From positions 1 through 52,734 of IMG/VR virus record IMGVR_UViG_3300036795_000123: 52,734 bases of DNA; one strand, written 5' to 3'. Below, piece after piece: positions 1 to 9,338 of this stretch. Position 1 is the stretch's first letter; each line of letters starts with the position of its first letter. The notes under the pieces were generated by a model, which did not search any database, had not been told where the DNA came from, and saw only the letters and a program-made list of their open reading frames with translations. The position numbers and the translations under genes were made by a program. The DNA is from a virus. Its lineage: Duplodnaviria; Caudoviricetes.

Positions 1-121
1 AAATATCACCCCCCAAAAGGGTGATATCACTACGCCGCTTTTTTGATGTCGCACACGATCGTGAGCACACCGAAAACAAACAACACACGATCGTGTGTGA
101 TTTTTTCGGCTCTGCCATAGG
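1..121. repeat. 121-bp exact direct terminal repeat (copy at 52614-52734), indicating a circular or complete assembly
   Basis: The first 121 nt are identical to the last 121 nt. Confidence 0.97.
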
Positions 122-285
122 TGGCACACCTTGCCGTTTTGCTGCCTTGGGTCCTACCCACCGTTTTGTGCGGTTTTAGGCCATCTGCCGTTGATTACAC
201 TGTTTTTCTCCTAGGTAATATAAGAGAAGTATAAAAGGGTCCTATTGGGCAAATATGATCCTTTTGGAAAATAGGATCATATTTG
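3..285. promoter_or_regulatory. Palindrome-rich non-coding control region between the divergent replication and packaging arms
   Basis: ATATCACCC...GGGTGATAT (3-27); CACGATCGTG (54-63); 16-bp palindrome ACACACGATCGTGTGT (83-98); 13-bp inverted repeat CAAATATGATCCT/AGGATCATATTTG (250-285). Confidence 0.6.
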
Positions 286-351
286 TGTTTTCATATGCAG
301 CCCTTCGACGAAAACTGTGCCAGAGCCTAAAATGCACCCCATGGCCTCCTG

Positions 352-1944
352 GTGTGCCGTACATTCGATATTCGTGACTGTGCCAAGGTGTGGCAGGGGT
401 GTGGCAACCCGTTTAAACGTGTCTTAGGCCTACCTACGTGGCATCCCGCTTTTCTAAGATGGCGTAATGTGGCAGTAGCTGCTATTTCTGGCGGAATGAT
501 GCACCCCAACCCAAAAAACCCGCGCAACATCACCGACAAAAAGTTAGCAATGCTCAAGAAATCGCTGGAGACGTTCGGCGACCTCGGGGGAATCGTTGTA
601 AACGAAAGCAGCCAACAGATCGTAGGTGGTCATCAACGCGTCAAGGCTCTGCTCGGTGGGGATGGCAGTATCCCAGAAGGCGCTGTGCGTATCACCAAGC
701 GATTTTCAGAGCCGACCCGTACCGGGACCATAGCCGAAGGTCATATCGTCGCTGTAGGGGCGCACATGGCCTCAGAGCGCTATCCGTACCGGGTAGTCCG
801 CTGGGATGAGTCGCGGGAGCGCGCGGCGAACCTGTCAGCCAACAAGGGCGCTGGCGAATTCGATCTTGACGCAGTGGCGGACTGGCTCGGCGACCTAGAA
901 ACGGCGGACATCGATCTTGACTTGACCATGTTCGATGTCGATGACCGCGACGCGTTGTTGTTGGGGGAAGTGCCGCCATCGCTCGCCCCCGTGATAGCTC
1001 CTTCGGTTAACCCCGATGTCGATAGGCTGCAGGCGCTGGGTGAACTTGGTGAGGAGGAGATCCCAGAATCCGCGCCGCGTGTCTGCGAGCTCGGGGACGT
1101 GTGGCAGCTCGGCAAGCATCGGCTAGTTTGCGGCGACGCGACAGATCCGGCGGTCGTAGAAAGTTTGATGGCTGGTAAGAAAGCAGATCTGGTTTTTACA
1201 TCACCCCCCTACGCACAACAGCGCGATTACAAAAACAAGATCATGAATTGGGACGCGCTCATGCAAGGCGTGTTCGGAAACTTACCAGCGCACGAGAAAA
1301 CTCAAGTCCTAGTTAATCTAGGCCTGGTGCACCGTGATGGCGAATGGCAGCCATATTGGGATGGGTGGGTTGAATGGATGCGTGGTCAGGGATGGAAACG
1401 CAAGGGGTGGTATGTTTGGGATAAAGGCTACGCCGTCCCCACAGCGCAGCACTCGAGAATGCAGCCGGCACATGAATGGGTGTTCCATTTCTGTAAAACG
1501 GAAATCGTTGTGCAAAAAACCGCAGTGTGTAGAAGAGCAGGAGAAAAAAACTCAAAAACGAGCAGGCGAAATGCAAAAGGAGAAGTAACAGCGAGCAACT
1601 GCGCGGGCCTTGCGGTACAGGACAATAAAATCCCGGATAGTGTATTCCGTATCACTCCCGAGCAAGCGCGGGGCCTCCATAGCGCTGGGCATCCGGCCGT
1701 GTTCCCGACAAAATTGCCAGCGGAGGTTTTAGCAGCGTTCACTGATGCGGATGCTATTCTTTACGAGCCCTTCGCTGGTAGCGGCACAAGCATCATCGCC
1801 GCCGAGATGATGGGCCGCACATGCTACGCGGCGGAGATCGCGCTAGAGTACTGCGACATCGTGTTAGCGCGGTGGAAAAAGAACGGCGGCGACGAACCTG
1901 TTTTGGCACCGAGCCCAGCACCGAAGAGAAAAGTTCATGGGTAA
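352..1944 (+). CDS. ParB-like N-terminal domain fused to a beta-class N4-C/N6-A DNA methyltransferase (real start probably 469-499)
   Basis: PNPKNPR and VGGHQRV (ParB-like); GKHRLVCGDAT, FTSPPY, HPAVFP and EPFAGSGT motifs; typical position upstream of terS. Confidence 0.9.
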   Translation: MCRTFDIRDCAKVWQGCGNPFKRVLGLPTWHPAFLRWRNVAVAAISGGMMHPNPKNPRNITDKKLAMLKKSLETFGDLGGIVVNESSQQIVGGHQRVKALLGGDGSIPEGAVRITKRFSEPTRTGTIAEGHIVAVGAHMASERYPYRVVRWDESRERAANLSANKGAGEFDLDAVADWLGDLETADIDLDLTMFDVDDRDALLLGEVPPSLAPVIAPSVNPDVDRLQALGELGEEEIPESAPRVCELGDVWQLGKHRLVCGDATDPAVVESLMAGKKADLVFTSPPYAQQRDYKNKIMNWDALMQGVFGNLPAHEKTQVLVNLGLVHRDGEWQPYWDGWVEWMRGQGWKRKGWYVWDKGYAVPTAQHSRMQPAHEWVFHFCKTEIVVQKTAVCRRAGEKNSKTSRRNAKGEVTASNCAGLAVQDNKIPDSVFRITPEQARGLHSAGHPAVFPTKLPAEVLAAFTDADAILYEPFAGSGTSIIAAEMMGRTCYAAEIALEYCDIVLARWKKNGGDEPVLAPSPAPKRKVHG

Positions 1945-2326
1945 AGTTAACCACCCCGCGTGGAAAAAAGGCGAGTCGGGAAATCCTAAAGGGTCGAGCA
2001 AACGAAAAAAAGAACTCGGCAAACTAACGCGCATGACGCACGAGCAGATCGCGGACATCGGTACGACGCTGCTTAGCGGCAACATCGAACAGTTGAAGAC
2101 GATTATGAAAGCGCCCGAGTCAACGGCGCTCCAATCATGGACGGCCGCTCTCGTGTTGCAGAGCATAAAAAAAGGCGACTCGGGGATTTATCGTGCAGTG
2201 CTCGATCGTATCGCAGGAAAAATCCCAGAGACGATCCATCACAAGGAATTGGCCCCGGAAACCGAAACGGATATACGTGCGGAAATCGCACAGGCGCGGG
2301 CTGACTTGAAGCGCCTCAAGGGTTAA
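1937..2326 (+). CDS. terS: Terminase small subunit-like protein (DUF5681-type)
   Basis: N-terminal WKKGESGNPKG motif and LDRIAGK; follows the ParB-MTase. Confidence 0.7.
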   Translation: MGKVNHPAWKKGESGNPKGSSKRKKELGKLTRMTHEQIADIGTTLLSGNIEQLKTIMKAPESTALQSWTAALVLQSIKKGDSGIYRAVLDRIAGKIPETIHHKELAPETETDIRAEIAQARADLKRLKG

Positions 2327-2331
2327 CGACC

Positions 2332-2718
2332 ATGCTCGCGAGCAAGGCCCTAGAAAGCATCGCACACCAGGTGGCTGACCTAGAAATGGAGGTGGCTCGC
2401 CTGACAAAAGCTTGTGCTGCGGCCGAGGCGCGTGCAGCCGATGCGACACGCTCGGGCACCGTGGCGATAAAGCCCGCGGTGGTTTCGTTGAAGGGCAGTG
2501 GGCGCGAATGGCAAAAGGACCAGGGCTGGGATGGCTTAACGGGGAGTGTCGAACGCCTGCCCACGCTTGAAGACAAGGTGCGCAAGTATCTCGGTTTGGC
2601 ACCGTTCGACAACGCGGGGAACATCGCACGCAACTGCAACGTGTATTTGAAGCAACTCGATCGTGAGTATGGCGCGGGCGCGGTGGATGCGGCGATCAAG
2701 ATTTTGCGGAAAGTTTAG
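2332..2718 (+). CDS. Hypothetical protein with N-terminal coiled coil
   Basis: ORF abutting terS. Confidence 0.6.
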   Translation: MLASKALESIAHQVADLEMEVARLTKACAAAEARAADATRSGTVAIKPAVVSLKGSGREWQKDQGWDGLTGSVERLPTLEDKVRKYLGLAPFDNAGNIARNCNVYLKQLDREYGAGAVDAAIKILRKV

Positions 2719-2953
2719 ACGCTAGGTTTTTTATCTGCTCGAACCTTTCTTGATCGCGGAAATGTTCGTTTAGCAGCTCTTGAATGCAACCCTTGTACGC
2801 CTCTTCAACGGTGGGGTAGACCGTTTCGCTCCATTGTGGCTTCCACTGGTCTTTCCCTACTTCGCTAGATAGCCTAAAAAAGCACGGGTCGCTGCGTTGC
2901 TCCATGGCTGTAACACCAGGCAAATTTATCCAGTAACCTTGGCGTTCCTTCAT
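2696..2953 (-). CDS. Hypothetical protein
   Basis: ATG at 2953 overlaps the stop of the upstream gene (ATGA). Confidence 0.6.
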   Translation of the reverse strand: MKERQGYWINLPGVTAMEQRSDPCFFRLSSEVGKDQWKPQWSETVYPTVEEAYKGCIQELLNEHFRDQERFEQIKNLASKLSAKS

Positions 2954-3342
2954 GACTTGAGCCAACGCGCGGCGGGCGCGATATCCTGTCCAAAAAACGC
3001 ATGCCCAATTGGGATGCCCAGCAAAAAAGGCCAGAGCGGGAGCATGGGCGGCACGATGCTGAACACGTCCACGAGCACGAGTAGCACTGCGGCGACCGCC
3101 AGCGTTATCAGCTCCCGCACACGGTCGGGCGGGACGCCGGGGCTGCCCCACGTGAGGTGTCCCACGAGCCCGCCCACGGCAAGCGCAAGCATCGGGTGAA
3201 AGTACATAAACGCGTACGATAGCGCACTGATGGTGGTGCCCGTGCCGCCTCTCGCGGCCGTGATGATGTCCCACACGATAAGGCTCACGATGGACACGAG
3301 GATGGCCAAAACGGTGTACAAACGAAAACGTGATGTAGTCAT
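2950..3342 (-). CDS. Multi-pass membrane protein (about 4 TM)
   Basis: Four hydrophobic segments. Confidence 0.7.
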   Translation of the reverse strand: MTTSRFRLYTVLAILVSIVSLIVWDIITAARGGTGTTISALSYAFMYFHPMLALAVGGLVGHLTWGSPGVPPDRVRELITLAVAAVLLVLVDVFSIVPPMLPLWPFLLGIPIGHAFFGQDIAPAARWLKS

Positions 3343-3389
3343 GGGCGATACCTTGCCATGTGCGTGTGCGGTAGGCTAGGAGCGAAGCG

Positions 3390-3674
3390 ATGGAAACGAA
3401 AAACAGCGAGGAAAAACTTCGCAATCGAAAACGACACGAGCATGACGTAGAGGTTATTTTTAGGGCGACGTGTACCTATCTTGAAGGCTACGACGTGGCG
3501 ATGATTTCCGTTGTCACAGCTTTGACGAACGTGTTGATGGTAGGGATGGAAGCAATACTTATAAACGACGGGCAAGATAATTTTAACAAAATCAAAGTTT
3601 ACTTATTGCGTTACTTACAAGAGGGGTTTGAGGAAATCGATAAGCGGCAAGCCATGCGCAAGGGGGAAAACTGA
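3390..3674 (+). CDS. Hypothetical protein
   Basis: AGGAG RBS; coupled to the next ORF. Confidence 0.65.
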   Translation: METKNSEEKLRNRKRHEHDVEVIFRATCTYLEGYDVAMISVVTALTNVLMVGMEAILINDGQDNFNKIKVYLLRYLQEGFEEIDKRQAMRKGEN

Positions 3675-4174
3675 TGGACGTAGCAACCATTCACTTCGGG
3701 GGCCATGAATGGCATCCGAATCTCAACGCGTTTACTTACAGTTGCGCATTATGCGGGTGGTCTATCTCTGCGGCGGGGTTAGATAAGGATGTGCAGTTAT
3801 GCCCTTCATCTAAAAGCTTTGCGGGAAGTTTTGCTGAACAGCCGCAACTTCAATCGAGCAGCATCCGCATGCGACCGGGGAGCACGTCGCGGGTGTGGAA
3901 GTACGGGTGGTCATTGCAGGGCTACACGGGGCTTGCATCCTTCGCTGTGCCCAATGGCGCTTGTCTGCTAGACGTTCAAGAACAAAACGGGGAGCTGGTA
4001 TGGTGGTACTACGTGCAGGACACCGACAACACGCAGCGTTTCGGTAAAAAATTCGCGGTAGTTCTTACAGGGCAGCCGTTCGAAGAGCAGCTAGGACATG
4101 CGGTGGAGTATGTGAAGACGATCCAGCTTCAGAGTGTGCCGGGTATCGTGGTGCACGTGTTTCAACTCTTATAG
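3674..4174 (+). CDS. Hypothetical phage protein with N-terminal Zn-ribbon-like CxxC
   Basis: HEW..CALC; LDVQEQ..W..V...TG...Y..T....VVHVF pattern common in phage proteins. Confidence 0.65.
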   Translation: MDVATIHFGGHEWHPNLNAFTYSCALCGWSISAAGLDKDVQLCPSSKSFAGSFAEQPQLQSSSIRMRPGSTSRVWKYGWSLQGYTGLASFAVPNGACLLDVQEQNGELVWWYYVQDTDNTQRFGKKFAVVLTGQPFEEQLGHAVEYVKTIQLQSVPGIVVHVFQLL

Positions 4175-4509
4175 TCATCCGGGAAAAGTTGCCGCCGCCA
4201 ATTCTCGGCGAGTTCCCGTGTGGGCATGCACTCTCTGCACGCATGGTAGCCGGCAAGCCCGTGCCCTCTTCCGTGCCACATGGGGTTATCGGGGAATGGC
4301 TCAAACCCCATGCGTTGGCATTCGGCCTCGTATGCTGCCCACCCATTCGGATCGCTTTGCGCTTTTGATAGAGGCTCGCTTGTCGGGATAGCCCAGAGCC
4401 GTTCTAGGATGCACATGTTCCCACACACCACACACTGGCGATAGTTGAGCAGCGGGAAAACGGTTTTGATGGGGCATCTTTGCGCCCGCGACAAAGGTTT
4501 TCGTTTCAT
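4162..4509 (-). CDS. Hypothetical Zn-finger protein
   Basis: CVVC and CREC; ATGA coupling. Confidence 0.55.
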   Translation of the reverse strand: MKRKPLSRAQRCPIKTVFPLLNYRQCVVCGNMCILERLWAIPTSEPLSKAQSDPNGWAAYEAECQRMGFEPFPDNPMWHGRGHGLAGYHACRECMPTRELAENWRRQLFPDDYKS

Positions 4510-5219
4510 GTGCCCTGATCGTTGTACGGGATGACAACACCACCCTGACCTTCTTTTTTCTCGCACCCGAGGATTTCTAGGAGTTCATTCCACGTACGCT
4601 CGCGGCCCTCCCATGAGCGCGAAGCCCATTCTCGTACTTTTCTCAACTTGGTGGAGTCCGATATTCCGTATATTTGCGCGGCCTGCTCCCTCATTCGCGT
4701 GTCGGCCAAAATTCTCGTAATGATGCCCATCCCTTTTATCTTGTCCATATCGAGTACAGTGAGTGTAACCATGGTGTTTTCTAGCATCGGATCGGATTCG
4801 ACGATAAGCATGTCAGACTTGCTCTGTGCAAGCGCCTTTTTATAACGGTAATCCCATGGGCCGTAGTTTCCGTGCTCTTGGGTCAGTTGTGCGACTTCTG
4901 CCACATCGTAGCGCGTGGGCTCTGTGATAACCATGTCTTTGTAGAAGGCTGTTTTAGGCATGATCATGAAAACCCTATCGCCCGCCATAAACTTGCCTTC
5001 ATACACTTCATTTCCTAGTTCTATCCACGCGTGCGCATACGGTCGCCGCGCCCAGCAACAGAAGCCATGAACAAGCCTTATGTCCTTTGTGACACCTCTC
5101 ACGACGTACTCGGCAAGCATGTCCATGGCATCATCGAAACACGTCCCTGTAGGGAGCAACGATTTCGGGTTTTCTATGCTTTGCTTGCGCAGCATTTCAG
5201 GGCCACCTGTCTTACTCAT
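4506..5219 (-). CDS. Transglutaminase/papain-like fold protein (putative)
   Basis: GTCF...LVHG...HAWIE Cys-His pattern. Confidence 0.45.
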   Translation of the reverse strand: MSKTGGPEMLRKQSIENPKSLLPTGTCFDDAMDMLAEYVVRGVTKDIRLVHGFCCWARRPYAHAWIELGNEVYEGKFMAGDRVFMIMPKTAFYKDMVITEPTRYDVAEVAQLTQEHGNYGPWDYRYKKALAQSKSDMLIVESDPMLENTMVTLTVLDMDKIKGMGIITRILADTRMREQAAQIYGISDSTKLRKVREWASRSWEGRERTWNELLEILGCEKKEGQGGVVIPYNDQGT

Positions 5220-5515
5220 GGCCTTCCGCATTCGTCGCAAGGGCCAATTATCAGGCCTCTACATTTTGGGCAATCGGGGCTACCCCATGGCTGTACTACT
5301 TCGACAACTTCAAACCCCGTACTGCGTACGAGTTTGACGGGTTTGCCTTTAGCTCTTCCCACCGCAATCGCCATGGGTCGCAAGCTTTCGGCTCGGGCCA
5401 TATCAGCTCCCACCATAGGCATCCAACCGGATGGTGTTTCAAAGGCTGGGATGCCTTCATCGTTTTCGTCTTTGTCGGCCATCACCCAGGCAAAAAGTTG
5501 CTCTATTTTTTGCAT
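5216..5515 (-). CDS. Hypothetical protein
   Basis: Coupled to the terL stop; DEGIPA motif; C-terminal CxxC pairs. Confidence 0.6.
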   Translation of the reverse strand: MQKIEQLFAWVMADKDENDEGIPAFETPSGWMPMVGADMARAESLRPMAIAVGRAKGKPVKLVRSTGFEVVEVVQPWGSPDCPKCRGLIIGPCDECGRP

Positions 5516-7047
5516 CACAAAACCTTCCACGCAGGTTGTCCGTAAAGAACGTCGACCGCCTGCGTTGTCATGTCGACCATATCGTCGTTTTGTCCCTTGG
5601 GAAAAGCCCCGAGCTCCGCGATATAGTCCCGAACCCATTCGTACAGGGACGGATGCGGAATGTAAATATTGTGCGCGTTGATGGCGGGAGATGCGGCCTC
5701 GGCGCGCTCTTCTTTGTCGCCCCGCGGCGTGTAGCTTTGAATGCCGGGAATTTCGTTTTGTAGGTGGTCCATGATCCCGGGGCCGTTCGCCTTGTCTTCT
5801 ACCCATTTCTCGAATGCGTTGGGCCATGCTGTAGAGACATCACGCACCATGTCACATGCGCCGTCAAAGCCCACGCGGGCGCGCGCGAGATGAACCAGGA
5901 AAGCAGCCGATGGCATTTTCGGAGCGTTATGCAGCCATACCCCGCCCACGACGTACGATCCCCGCTTGGTTTTCTTAAAGGTCATGTCCCACGATTGAAT
6001 AGCGCGGCGAAACTCTGCGGCCGCTGGGATAGCAACTTGCTCTATCTCGACGATTTCGCCGTCGTTGTTTGCCATCTTGATCGGGGGTGGCACCACGCCA
6101 TCGAAGTACCAGAAGCGCAGGTTGAATAGCTTGAATGTGCCGCCGCCGATGACCACCGGGTTTTGCTGGTAGATGGATTCCCAAGCCTCTAGCGTAACGG
6201 ATTCTTTAGTGGCCAGAGCCCATCCCTTGTCATAGCCCAGCTCGGGCCAGAGCGTATCCCCGACTTGGCGGGGGTCGTGGGTGGCTGTGGGGTCGATCTT
6301 CATGAGCGGGAAACGAAACTCCTCCCACTGATCTGCGTTGGGATTGTTTGCGGCCTCGATGATGCGCATGCCTGCGAAGTCATCCAAGCGCCAACGCGTC
6401 ATGATGAGTAGGACGAACGTTTCCTTCTGAGTACGTGAGCGAATCGAGTAGACCCATTCGTTTTCGAGTGTCTGCTTTTGCGCCTCGGAGCTGGCCCCTT
6501 TGAAGTTTTTCACGGGATCATCGATCAGGATACCGCCGGTGGCGCGTTTGCCCGTGATACCGCCCATGATACCGGCCGAGCTCATACCCCCTTTGTGGCC
6601 AGCGATTTTGATTAGCTTGTTATTTTTCTCAGAAATGTAGATCGGGAAAATCTCGTGGTACTCATCCGTGTCGATGTAATTCTGAATGGCCTTGGTGTTG
6701 ATGCCCGTGAGTTCGTCGGTATAGCTGGTGCTGATGTTCGATAGGTCGGGGTTGCGCCCGATGAACCAGGCCATGAACAATTGCGCCATGGTGGACTTGG
6801 CGTGTCCCGGTGGCATCGAAATGATGACGCGTTTTAGTTCGCCATCACCCACGCGCTGTAGCACTTTGATGAGATCAACGTGGAACCAGGGCAGCACCCA
6901 CGTCGGATGCATGTGATGCACGAAAGCCTTGAACGATTTTTGGCATAGCCCGCGGTATTCAATTTTTACTAGCTTCAATTCAAGTTTCGCTATTCTTATC
7001 TCGGCCTCTTCGATGGGTGACAACACTGCGTATTCCCCCTTGTGCAA
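5515..7047 (-). CDS. terL: Terminase large subunit (probable start GTG 7026)
   Basis: IISMPPGHAKS (Walker A), ITGKRA, LIDDP (Walker B), MTRW, YQQNP, QSWD, VEDKANG and DDMVD nuclease motifs. Confidence 0.95.
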   Translation of the reverse strand: MHKGEYAVLSPIEEAEIRIAKLELKLVKIEYRGLCQKSFKAFVHHMHPTWVLPWFHVDLIKVLQRVGDGELKRVIISMPPGHAKSTMAQLFMAWFIGRNPDLSNISTSYTDELTGINTKAIQNYIDTDEYHEIFPIYISEKNNKLIKIAGHKGGMSSAGIMGGITGKRATGGILIDDPVKNFKGASSEAQKQTLENEWVYSIRSRTQKETFVLLIMTRWRLDDFAGMRIIEAANNPNADQWEEFRFPLMKIDPTATHDPRQVGDTLWPELGYDKGWALATKESVTLEAWESIYQQNPVVIGGGTFKLFNLRFWYFDGVVPPPIKMANNDGEIVEIEQVAIPAAAEFRRAIQSWDMTFKKTKRGSYVVGGVWLHNAPKMPSAAFLVHLARARVGFDGACDMVRDVSTAWPNAFEKWVEDKANGPGIMDHLQNEIPGIQSYTPRGDKEERAEAASPAINAHNIYIPHPSLYEWVRDYIAELGAFPKGQNDDMVDMTTQAVDVLYGQPAWKVL

Positions 7048-7102
7048 CGGCTAATCCCGTGCGATAGCGATTCCTTCATATCTTTCTTTGAGGAGAAGTA
7101 AA

Positions 7103-7288
7103 ATGGCAAGGCCTACTGCATACCTAGTGACGTACGAGTGCAAAGTAAAAAAAGATTGGGTCAAAGTGAAAGAGAGCGCACTAGACAAAGCGGGCGCGCA
7201 GGAAATTCTATCTGTGCTGTCTAACCAGGGCGAGATCCGCAAGGAGGCAATCATACCCCTTTACCGAAAGCAGGCCAGCGCAGCATGA
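7103..7288 (+). CDS. Small hypothetical protein
   Basis: GAGGAG RBS; divergent from terL. Confidence 0.55.
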   Translation: MARPTAYLVTYECKVKKDWVKVKESALDKAGAQEILSVLSNQGEIRKEAIIPLYRKQASAA

Positions 7289-7491
7289 TGGATGTGTTTG
7301 TTGTGCTGCTAGGCACTCCCAGCAATCCGCTGATGTTGCTTGGGGCTTTCAGCTCGCGAGATTATGCGAGTATAGCTGTCAGTGCTTACATGGTCGATCC
7401 AGAGATCCCTCAATCGTCGGCTCGTGACCGTGATGGGTTTTCCATAGTTCGCATCCCCGTTGATCAAGGCATAAAAAAAGGGACAGCATGA
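7285..7491 (+). CDS. Small hypothetical protein
   Basis: ATGA-coupled. Confidence 0.55.
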   Translation: MMDVFVVLLGTPSNPLMLLGAFSSRDYASIAVSAYMVDPEIPQSSARDRDGFSIVRIPVDQGIKKGTA

Positions 7492-7712
7492 TTACAGAAG
7501 AGCAGCGCAAGCAACTCAACGAGTGGTTTCGTTGTTCAGCGAAGGATGGGCCCAAGGTAGAGGCTTTGAGTGCCGCAGCCCTGCACTTCGCGAAAGCCAT
7601 CATGGAGAATGTCCCGGCGGGGATGGCTCAAGTAGAGGCCCTGGCCTCCGTGCAGTATGCGTGGGGGATTGCGACTCACCCGGACGATTTCTTGTCACAA
7701 GAAACTGGGTAA
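7488..7712 (+). CDS. Diverged Acb2/Tad1-like helical hairpin protein (putative)
   Basis: LNEWF...AALHFAKAIMENVP...QVEAL pattern. Confidence 0.4.
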   Translation: MITEEQRKQLNEWFRCSAKDGPKVEALSAAALHFAKAIMENVPAGMAQVEALASVQYAWGIATHPDDFLSQETG

Positions 7713-7796
7713 GAAGACGCGCGCGCAGCACCCGTTTAAACCCCACAACCGTGGTTGTTAGTTTTAACCACGCGCGCGTCAAAGAGAGGCTAGCAC

Positions 7797-7967
7797 ATGA
7801 TGGCCATGAGTTACACCGATCTGTACAACGCTGTGCGTTTTTGGAGTTTCGTGGTGGGGCTAGTCGCGGTCGGGGCCTTTGCCCTGGTGGTTTTGATTTT
7901 CTTTGTCGCGGATAGGCTATCGAGGCGCTGCGGGGACAAGCCCGCCAAGCGGCGCACGAGCCGATGA
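7797..7967 (+). CDS. Small single-pass membrane protein (56 aa, not in ORF track)
   Basis: Read by hand: MMAMSYTDLYNAVRFWSFVVGLVAVGAFALVVLIFFVADR...; GAGAGG RBS. Confidence 0.55.
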   Translation: MMAMSYTDLYNAVRFWSFVVGLVAVGAFALVVLIFFVADRLSRRCGDKPAKRRTSR

Positions 7968-8158
7968 TGGTGGAAACGGAACGGCTAATCACCCACATTC
8001 TCTGGGCATTTGCTATCGTGGCGAACATTGCCGCCATGTCGGAGAATCTAGCGGCGAAACGATACTTCGCCGTTATCTGTACCGGTGGGGCTGCGGTGTT
8101 CCTCTTAGCGCTAGGGGATCATATCGATAACATGTTCCATCTAGTGCACCCCTACTAA
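7964..8158 (+). CDS. Small 2-TM membrane protein
   Basis: Two hydrophobic helices; ATGA coupling. Confidence 0.55.
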   Translation: MMVETERLITHILWAFAIVANIAAMSENLAAKRYFAVICTGGAAVFLLALGDHIDNMFHLVHPY

Positions 8159-8946
8159 GGGATCGCGTTGATAACCCAGAAGTCGCTCGACAGGTTTTGG
8201 TTCAACAGATACGCGTACGGGATCGTAAAGTACCCGCCCTGCCCCCAATCCGGCCCCCAACTGTTGCGCACCTTGAAGCGCTGTGTCGCGTTGTCGTAGC
8301 CCACGGCAACGACCGCATGGCCCCCGAGCAGGCGCTCGTGGTGGCGTGGCATGGGGACGATGCCAGAGTCGGCAACGGCTTGGGATTGGAAGCTTTGATA
8401 GATCGAGAATCCGAACAGCACCGCGTTGCCATTCGCCAGCGTCAACTGGATATCCTGCGTGGTTTGATTGACGCGCGCATAGTTCGAAATGCGGCCCTGC
8501 ACGGCGGAGGTGTAGACGTTTTTCGGGGCTTCGATCCTGAACTTGGGGACATCGTAGGGCCACAGCGTTTCATTGGCGAATCCGTACACCCGCACGGCCT
8601 TCAGCCCCATGGTGATAGTCGAGCCGGAATCCTCATCCGTCGACGCGTAAGGATCGAGGTAGCGCGCGTTCCAATAAATGAAGAGCCTTGACGGCGTGGT
8701 CTGATCTACTTTCTTCTGTTTGATTTCGTCGAATTGTAGACCACCAGCCACCGCATGCGCGACGCACGATCCGAGGTCGCCTTGATCGTAGCACGGTGGC
8801 ATGCCGTCACTGAGATCCACGTGGTCGATCTGGGTCAGCTTGTCATACTGGTGGGGGCTGAAACGTAGGTAAAGATCGCGTTGATCGGGAAGGGATGGTC
8901 GCCAACCGTACCGACGAACCGACGTGCTCTTGTTTGCTGTAGGCAT
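8155..8946 (-). CDS. Papain-like cysteine peptidase, family C1 (xylellain-like)
   Basis: YGWRPSLPDQRD, DQGDLGSCVAHA (catalytic Cys), SRLFIYWNAR, GGHAV (His), VRNSWG (Asn). Confidence 0.93.
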   Translation of the reverse strand: MPTANKSTSVRRYGWRPSLPDQRDLYLRFSPHQYDKLTQIDHVDLSDGMPPCYDQGDLGSCVAHAVAGGLQFDEIKQKKVDQTTPSRLFIYWNARYLDPYASTDEDSGSTITMGLKAVRVYGFANETLWPYDVPKFRIEAPKNVYTSAVQGRISNYARVNQTTQDIQLTLANGNAVLFGFSIYQSFQSQAVADSGIVPMPRHHERLLGGHAVVAVGYDNATQRFKVRNSWGPDWGQGGYFTIPYAYLLNQNLSSDFWVINAIP

Positions 8947-9048
8947 GGCGGAGAATCTAGCGCGCGTGTGGGGGGGCTTGCAACTACCTCGGGCTCGGCG
9001 CTACACCATGGGCTCACACTGTTCGCACAACTCAAAAGGTAGAGACTT

Positions 9049-9267
9049 ATGAACATTTTTTCGATCGTTAAAGCATCCGCCATGGCCCTCGACGCCGTTG
9101 TGGGAATTGTCGCAAGTGTTGTCCCGGCCGGTAAGTTTAAGGATGTCCTGACTAAAGCGGACGCTGTGCTCAAAGAGTTACTTGCGGCTATCCCGCTTGC
9201 CGAGTCAGAGCACGCGAATCTGAAGAACGTGCAATTGAGCCTCGATGGTGATGACGAAAAAGCCTAA
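9049..9267 (+). CDS. Small amphipathic hypothetical protein
   Basis: AAGGT RBS; followed by a terminator. Confidence 0.6.
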   Translation: MNIFSIVKASAMALDAVVGIVASVVPAGKFKDVLTKADAVLKELLAAIPLAESEHANLKNVQLSLDGDDEKA

Positions 9268-9293
9268 AGAGGCGCTCACCCCCTGGGCGCACT

Positions 9294-9338
9294 AGGCCCC
9301 CTGTCCTACCGCGCACAGTAGGCAGGGGGTCTTTTTTT
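9294..9338 (+). terminator. Rho-independent terminator
   Basis: AGGCCCCCTG/CAGGGGGTCT stem with inner CCTAC/GTAGG, followed by T7. Confidence 0.8.

Noticed and set aside
1-121. Terminal repeat as a biological DTR
   Set aside because: An exact 121-nt overlap is typical of assembler k-mer circularisation; the real ends cannot be inferred without reads.
352-900. ParABS plasmid-prophage partition system
   Set aside because: The ParB-like domain is fused to an MTase, a common arrangement beside terS, and no ParA is present.
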